A program made the position numbers and the translations under genes. This document shows positions 59,233 through 64,000 of a DNA stretch of 64,000 bases, in pieces (positions within the stretch are counted from its first letter, which is position 1; each line of letters begins with the position of its first letter). Source of the DNA: an uncultured Barnesiella sp. (GTDB lineage Bacteria; Bacteroidota; Bacteroidia; Bacteroidales; Barnesiellaceae_A); assembly GCA_944321085.1 (NCBI GenBank), contig CALUJY010000006.1, positions 12,103-76,102 of the forward strand. Reading direction: 5' to 3'. The notes below the pieces were generated by a model. That model was given only the letters and a program-made list of their open reading frames with translations. It had not been told where the DNA came from and ran no database searches.

Positions 59233-60243
59233 ATGAAATCTGTTGCTGTTGTCATACTTAATTGGAACGGAGCTTCGTTGCTCTCGGAGTTCTTGCCTTC
59301 CGTATGTCGCTATACGTCGTCCGATGTAGCCGATGTGATAGTGGCCGATAACGGTTCTACCGATAATTCTTTACAACTGTTGATGCAGGACTTTCCGCAG
59401 GTTGGGATTATCAGATTTCCTCGGAACCACGGATTTGCCGAGGGATACAATCAGGTCGTGAAACAGTTGGAAGCCTATCGTTATATCGTATTGCTTAATT
59501 CCGATGTTGCCGTTTCAGAAGGGTGGATAGAGCCGCTTCTGTCCTATGCCGAGGAGCATTCCGAGGTGGGCGCGTTGCAACCCAAGATACGTTCTTATCG
59601 CCATCCTTCGCAGTTTGAGTATGCCGGCGCATGTGGCGGTTTTTTGGATTGTAACGGTTACCCGTTTTGTCGGGGACGCATTTTCGATACGATAGAAATG
59701 GATAACGGCCAATACGACGATGTCGTCGATGTCTTTTGGGCTTCTGGTGCGGCACTTTTTATTCGTCGCGATGTCTATATGGCTGTGGGCGGTCTCGATG
59801 CCGATTTCTTTGCCCACATGGAGGAGATAGATTTGTGCTGGCGCGTGCGGTTGGCCGGTTATGCCGTGAGGGTCGTTCCGCAGTCGGTTGTGTATCACCT
59901 CGGAGGCGCAACGCTCGACAACGCCCATCCTTATAAACTATACCTCAATTTCAGGAACAACCTGCTCATGATGTATAAAAATCTTCCTGTCAGAGAAAGA
60001 CGTCGCAAGTTGTTTGTGCGCAGGCTATATGATACGGTGGCATTGTTGCGTTATCTGCTTACGGGGAAGTGGGCTTGCGTAAAGGCTATATGGGATGCTC
60101 ATACCGATTTCAGAAGTATGTGCGGCATGTACGCCTGTCAGCCCCGCGACAATATGCTGACACAGTTCCCCGAATGCCGTCACAATATCGTTTGGGATTA
60201 TTTTATCAAACATATACGCTGTTTTTCAGAACTTAAAAGATAG
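59233..60243 (+). CDS. Glycosyltransferase family 2
   Basis: VAVVILNWNG...ADNGSTDNS...LLNSDV...EEIDLCWR, a rhamnosyltransferase-like GT2. Confidence 0.85.
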   Translation: MKSVAVVILNWNGASLLSEFLPSVCRYTSSDVADVIVADNGSTDNSLQLLMQDFPQVGIIRFPRNHGFAEGYNQVVKQLEAYRYIVLLNSDVAVSEGWIEPLLSYAEEHSEVGALQPKIRSYRHPSQFEYAGACGGFLDCNGYPFCRGRIFDTIEMDNGQYDDVVDVFWASGAALFIRRDVYMAVGGLDADFFAHMEEIDLCWRVRLAGYAVRVVPQSVVYHLGGATLDNAHPYKLYLNFRNNLLMMYKNLPVRERRRKLFVRRLYDTVALLRYLLTGKWACVKAIWDAHTDFRSMCGMYACQPRDNMLTQFPECRHNIVWDYFIKHIRCFSELKR

Positions 60244-60369
60244 CTTGTCGGTAAGTTAATTTTACAAAATAAATCACTGTTAAGTGGCTCTTATACTTTT
60301 AAAATGGTTGTAAATACGAGTGGCTTTTCCTAACTTCGCCACGTAGTTACACGACCCCAACAGTTGCTT

Positions 60370-61677
60370 ATGCTATATTATAGTACTCGAAAACAATCGC
60401 CGATGGTCTCGTTCAAAGAGGCGCTGATGAAAGGTTTGGCACCCGACGGCGGGTTGTACATGCCGCAGACTATACGAGTTTATCCTCCGGCATTTTATAA
60501 AAACTTGGCGGGCATGTCGTTGCGCGAAATTTCGTTTATCGTTGCAGAGGCCTTTTGGAACGACGATATTCCTGCTGATATTTTGCAAGAAATCATATAT
60601 GACTCTATCAATTTCGATATGCCGCTCGTCAAGGTAGCCGATAATCGCTATCTTATAGAGTTGTTTCATGGACCTTCGTATTCGTTCAAAGATGTGGGCG
60701 TACGTCTTTTAGTTCGGTTGTTAGGGTATTTCAATGGTAAGAATACGCAGAAGACGGTCAATATCTTTGCTTCTACCACAGGCGATACGGGGGCGGCTAT
60801 GGCCGATGCTTTTGCCGGTGTTCCCGGTGTGAGGGTGTATATTCTTTATCCGCATGGAAAAGTCAGCGAGATGCAGGAGCGGCAGATGACGTCGCAGGGT
60901 GGTAATATCGTTCCTATCGAAATAGATGGCACTTTTGAGGAGTGTCAAAGTCTGTTGCGACAGGTGTTTAACGATAAGGAAATCAATCGCAGCATGCTCA
61001 TAACTTCTGCCAACTCGGTGAATGTGGCTCGTTTATTGCCGCAGTCGTTCTATTACTTTTATGCTTATGCCAATCTGTTGAAGATGGTAAATAAGCCTAC
61101 CGATGTGGTGTATAGCGTGCCGTGCGGGAACTTCGGAAGCCTTACGGCCGGACTGATAGCCAAGCGTATGGGGCTGCCTATAAAACGGTTTATTGCCGCG
61201 ACCAACCGCAACGATACTTTTGTGAGGTACCTGAATACCGGTGGATACGAGCCTCATCCCTCCGTACCGACGATAGCTCGTTCTATGGATGTGGGTGCGC
61301 CTTCGAATGTGGAGAGAATAAGGGAGTTATATGCCGATGCTCACGACCGCCTGCGTACCGATGTAGAGAGCGTGAGCTATGATGACGAGCTGATTTGCGA
61401 GACCATGCGTCGTGTATATACCGAGACAAATTATATGCTCGACCCGCATGGAGCTGTTGCATACAGGGCTCTCGATGAGAAACTCCGTCCCGGAGAGATA
61501 GGTATTGCGCTTGAACCGGCACATCCAGCAAAGTTTGCCGAGAGCGTAAAGGGTATTCTGAATGTCGATGTGCCTATGCCCTCGAATCTTGACGCTACCG
61601 AGCGACGTCGCAAGCGCAGCATCCCCATGTCGCCGCTTTTCGCCGATTTGAAAAAATTCTTGTTGCAAGAGATGTAG
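60370..61677 (+). CDS. thrC: Threonine synthase
   Basis: YYSTR...LFHGPSYSFKDVG (PLP lysine context)...STTGDTGAA. The track ORF begins at a TTG (60364) and the ATG is at 60370. Confidence 0.9.
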   Translation: MLYYSTRKQSPMVSFKEALMKGLAPDGGLYMPQTIRVYPPAFYKNLAGMSLREISFIVAEAFWNDDIPADILQEIIYDSINFDMPLVKVADNRYLIELFHGPSYSFKDVGVRLLVRLLGYFNGKNTQKTVNIFASTTGDTGAAMADAFAGVPGVRVYILYPHGKVSEMQERQMTSQGGNIVPIEIDGTFEECQSLLRQVFNDKEINRSMLITSANSVNVARLLPQSFYYFYAYANLLKMVNKPTDVVYSVPCGNFGSLTAGLIAKRMGLPIKRFIAATNRNDTFVRYLNTGGYEPHPSVPTIARSMDVGAPSNVERIRELYADAHDRLRTDVESVSYDDELICETMRRVYTETNYMLDPHGAVAYRALDEKLRPGEIGIALEPAHPAKFAESVKGILNVDVPMPSNLDATERRRKRSIPMSPLFADLKKFLLQEM

Positions 61678-61682
61678 TGCAA

Positions 61683-62636
61683 CTACCGCAATTTGAGGAC
61701 TTGTCCCGGCGAGAGAGTTGCATCGCGACGCATTTTGTTTCTTTTGGCAAGATGTTTCAGTTCTATCCCGTATTGCTGCGAGATGAAATGAAGCGTTTCG
61801 CCCTCTTTTACCGTATGCAGGTCGTACCCTTCGATGGCTTTCTTGTTTTTCTTTTCTAAATATACGATATCGCCGGCCGATAGTATGACGTCGGTTTTGC
61901 TGTCGTTGTAGCGTGCCAACTCTTTGGGCGAGAAGCCGAAGTCGTAGGCTATTGTTTGGTAAGTGTCGCCTTCGTTCGCTTCGACATAAAGAAGTCCCCA
62001 TGAGCGGTACACGGTATGGCGGGGGGTAACAGCCTGATATACTGTTTCGTCGCTCTTTTCATCGCGGTTGCTTTTGCTATTTCCCGCCTTTTTTACAAAA
62101 CGGTTGAGGTCATACAACTCTATTATATTTATCAGTTTTTGGGCATACGAGGGGTCGGTTGCATATCCGTATTTTTTCAGACCGTGCGCCCATCCTTTGT
62201 AGTCGGTAAGTTTCAGTTTGAATAATTTTTGGTATCGGTCTCGGAGCAAAAACTCGGAGTGGTCGAGGTATGAATCTTCGGCCTTGCGATATTTGCGGTA
62301 ACAGTCGCGTTTGTAGTAGATGGTGGCGCCGTCCCATTCGTGACATTTTATGCCGAAGTGGTTGTTGGCTTTGCGCGATAGTTCGCTGGTGCCGGCACCC
62401 GATTCGAGCAACCCTTGTGCCAAAGTGATACTTGCCGGGATGCCGTAGCGGCGTTGGTGCTCTTGTGCCAGCCGGCAGAACTTTTCTATATACTCTTCAT
62501 ATTGCCAGTTGCGGCGGCTTTGTGCTGCCGAGTCGGGCAGCGAGAGCAAGGTAGCCATGACAATAACAAGCAAGGCTATGTATCTCTTCACGTCGAAAAA
62601 GATTATTTGTCGAAAAAAGGGTTTCACGATATTCAT
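61683..62636 (-). CDS. Secreted N-acetylglucosaminidase-family peptidoglycan hydrolase with LysM domains
   Basis: The C-terminal third of the 630-aa track ORF is the real gene. Signal-like ALLVIVMATLLSLPDSAAQ, glucosaminidase motif LAQGLLESGAGTSELSRKANNHFGIKC and two LysM-like units (YVEANEGDTYQTIAYDFG and HTVKEGETLHFISQQYG). The start is the ATG at 62636 or the GTG at 62591. Confidence 0.8.
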   Translation of the reverse strand: MNIVKPFFRQIIFFDVKRYIALLVIVMATLLSLPDSAAQSRRNWQYEEYIEKFCRLAQEHQRRYGIPASITLAQGLLESGAGTSELSRKANNHFGIKCHEWDGATIYYKRDCYRKYRKAEDSYLDHSEFLLRDRYQKLFKLKLTDYKGWAHGLKKYGYATDPSYAQKLINIIELYDLNRFVKKAGNSKSNRDEKSDETVYQAVTPRHTVYRSWGLLYVEANEGDTYQTIAYDFGFSPKELARYNDSKTDVILSAGDIVYLEKKNKKAIEGYDLHTVKEGETLHFISQQYGIELKHLAKRNKMRRDATLSPGQVLKLR

Positions 62637-62687
62637 TTTTCCGATGGAAACAATTATATTTGTGCAAATAGAGTCAATGTAATTTAT

Positions 62688-63164
62688 ATGAAAAAAGCCA
62701 ATATTGTTACAAATATACTCGTTTGCAGTTACAATGAGCTGACGGAAGAGCAAAAAAAAGTGATAGATTGTGCCAAAGACGCTTGTACACGGGCTTATGC
62801 ACCCTATTCGTGTTTTAGTGTAGGCGCCGCAGCCTTGCTTGCCAATGGAGAAATCATAAAGGGTAGCAATCAGGAAAATGCTGCTTATCCATCGGGTATT
62901 TGTGCCGAACGCACCACGCTTTTTTATGCAGGTGCGAATTATCCCGACACTCCTGTGTGCAAATTGGCAATTGCTGCCATGAAAGACGGTGCTTATATTA
63001 CCGAGCCTACGGCTCCTTGCGGTGCCTGTCGACAAGTGATACTCGAAACAGAGAATCGTTATAGTTCTCCCATAGAAATATTGCTTTATGGAGAGGAGAA
63101 GGTATATATCGTTTCGTCGATAAAAGAGTTGTTGCCGTTGAGCTTCGGGAAAGAAAACCTTTGA
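62688..63164 (+). CDS. cdd: Cytidine deaminase
   Basis: Trimmed to MKKANIV at 62688 (-7 box TATATTTG at 62655-62662). Zinc motifs CAERTTLF and PCGACRQV. Confidence 0.88.
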   Translation: MKKANIVTNILVCSYNELTEEQKKVIDCAKDACTRAYAPYSCFSVGAAALLANGEIIKGSNQENAAYPSGICAERTTLFYAGANYPDTPVCKLAIAAMKDGAYITEPTAPCGACRQVILETENRYSSPIEILLYGEEKVYIVSSIKELLPLSFGKENL

Positions 63165-63182
63165 TAAAATCGTTTGGCAAGA

Positions 63183-64000
63183 ATGGAAAATTATATCGTT
63201 TCGGCGCGGAAATATCGCCCGTCGACGTTTAAATCTGTGGTAGGTCAGAATACCCTCACCCGTACGCTTAAAAATGCTATCGATGCCCATAAGTTGGCTC
63301 ATGCTTATTTGTTCTGCGGTCCGCGTGGAGTCGGTAAGACCTCTTGTGCGCGCATTTTTGCCAAAACCATCAATTGCTTGCACCCTACCCCCGATGGAGA
63401 GGCCTGCAACGAATGCGAGTCGTGCCGTGCCTTCAATGAGCAGCGTTCGTATAATATTTTGGAGTTGGATGCTGCCTCGAACAACGGTGTGGACGAGATA
63501 CGGGCTTTGGTTGACCAAGTACGTATTCCTCCGCAAGTAGGCGAGTACAAGGTGTTTATCGTCGATGAGGTACACATGTTATCGCCTGCGGCATTCAATG
63601 CTTTCCTGAAAACACTCGAAGAGCCTCCGCACCATGCCATCTTTATCTTGGCAACGACCGAGAAGCATAAGATATTGCCTACGATATTGTCTCGCTGTCA
63701 GGTTTACGATTTTCATCGTATTACGGTTGACGATATTGCCGAACATTTAGCATATGTCGCATCGCAAGAAGGCATCGTAGCCGAACCCGAAGCGTTGAGT
63801 ATCATAGCCCAGAAGGCCGATGGCGGTATGCGCGATGCCCTTTCGATATTCGACCAGATAGCCAGCTTCTCGGCCGGAAACATCACGTATAAGTCGGTGA
63901 TAGAGAATCTGAATATTCTCGATTATGAGTATTATTTCAGGTTGACCGATGCTTTTTTAGCAGGCGATGTACCTTCGTCTTTATTGACTTACAAAGATAT
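63183..64000 (+). CDS. dnaX: DNA polymerase III subunit gamma/tau, N-terminal part (continues past the right edge)
   Basis: Not in the track because no stop falls in the window. My translation from the ATG at 63183: MENYIVSARKYRPSTFKSVVGQ...HAYLFCGPRGVGKTSCARIFAKTINC...FIVDEVHMLS...LEEPP. Confidence 0.9.
   Translation, partial: MENYIVSARKYRPSTFKSVVGQNTLTRTLKNAIDAHKLAHAYLFCGPRGVGKTSCARIFAKTINCLHPTPDGEACNECESCRAFNEQRSYNILELDAASNNGVDEIRALVDQVRIPPQVGEYKVFIVDEVHMLSPAAFNAFLKTLEEPPHHAIFILATTEKHKILPTILSRCQVYDFHRITVDDIAEHLAYVASQEGIVAEPEALSIIAQKADGGMRDALSIFDQIASFSAGNITYKSVIENLNILDYEYYFRLTDAFLAGDVPSSLLTYKD

Noticed and set aside
60244-60369. Possible Thr-leader peptide or attenuator upstream of thrC
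   Set aside because: The only short ORF (MVVNTSGFS) is not Thr/Ile-rich, and only a 5-bp hairpin (GTGGC...GCCAC) is present. That is insufficient evidence.
61683-63575. 630-aa ORF reported as one reading frame
   Set aside because: Only the C-terminal part of about 317 aa (61683-62636) is glucosaminidase/LysM-like with a signal peptide. The upstream part is antisense to cdd and dnaX. The same reasoning led me to trim the N-terminal extensions of ORFs 45410-46822 (xerD), 6916-8421 (pyrC), 24463-26742 (antiporter), 9854-10501 (rpiB), 27515-28843 (purT), 30275-31549 (tlpA-like) and 53584-54630 (rsgA).

Overview
This window reads as a 64-kb chromosomal segment from a Bacteroidota, probably Bacteroidales, genome. 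The lineage call rests on three things seen in the sequence: many genes are preceded by the Bacteroidetes -7 promoter box TAnnTTTG, a PorT-like gene is present, and three proteins end in T9SS C-terminal sorting domains. I call about 55 protein-coding genes, and most are housekeeping. They include rnhA, aroK, nadK, pdxJ, exbB-exbD-tonB, pyrC, folB, rpiB, cvpA, sufB, panB, korAB, rimP-nusA-infB, purT, xerD, aroQ, pyk, rbfA, rsgA, mtaB, thrC, cdd and the start of dnaX. I found no rRNA, tRNA, CRISPR array, transposase or prophage genes by eye. The only accessory-looking block is at 31.7-43.3 kb. It holds porT, two glycosyltransferases, a three-gene operon of uncharacterised T9SS cargo proteins, and a divergent membrane-anchored TPR/LuxR regulator. 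Other points worth a second look are a stand-alone gene for a small acidic cysteine-cluster lipoprotein (54.8-55.0 kb), two families of duplicated promoter modules (26.7-27.6 kb and 9.3/10.4 kb), a terminator-like hairpin in the rimP-nusA-infB leader, and a sufB without sufCDS followed by an AT-rich lipoprotein gene. All calls come from reading the ORF translations and the DNA by eye. No database search was run, so family names are recognition-level assignments. I see no compelling evidence for a complete novel system, and the T9SS cargo/regulator locus is the best candidate.
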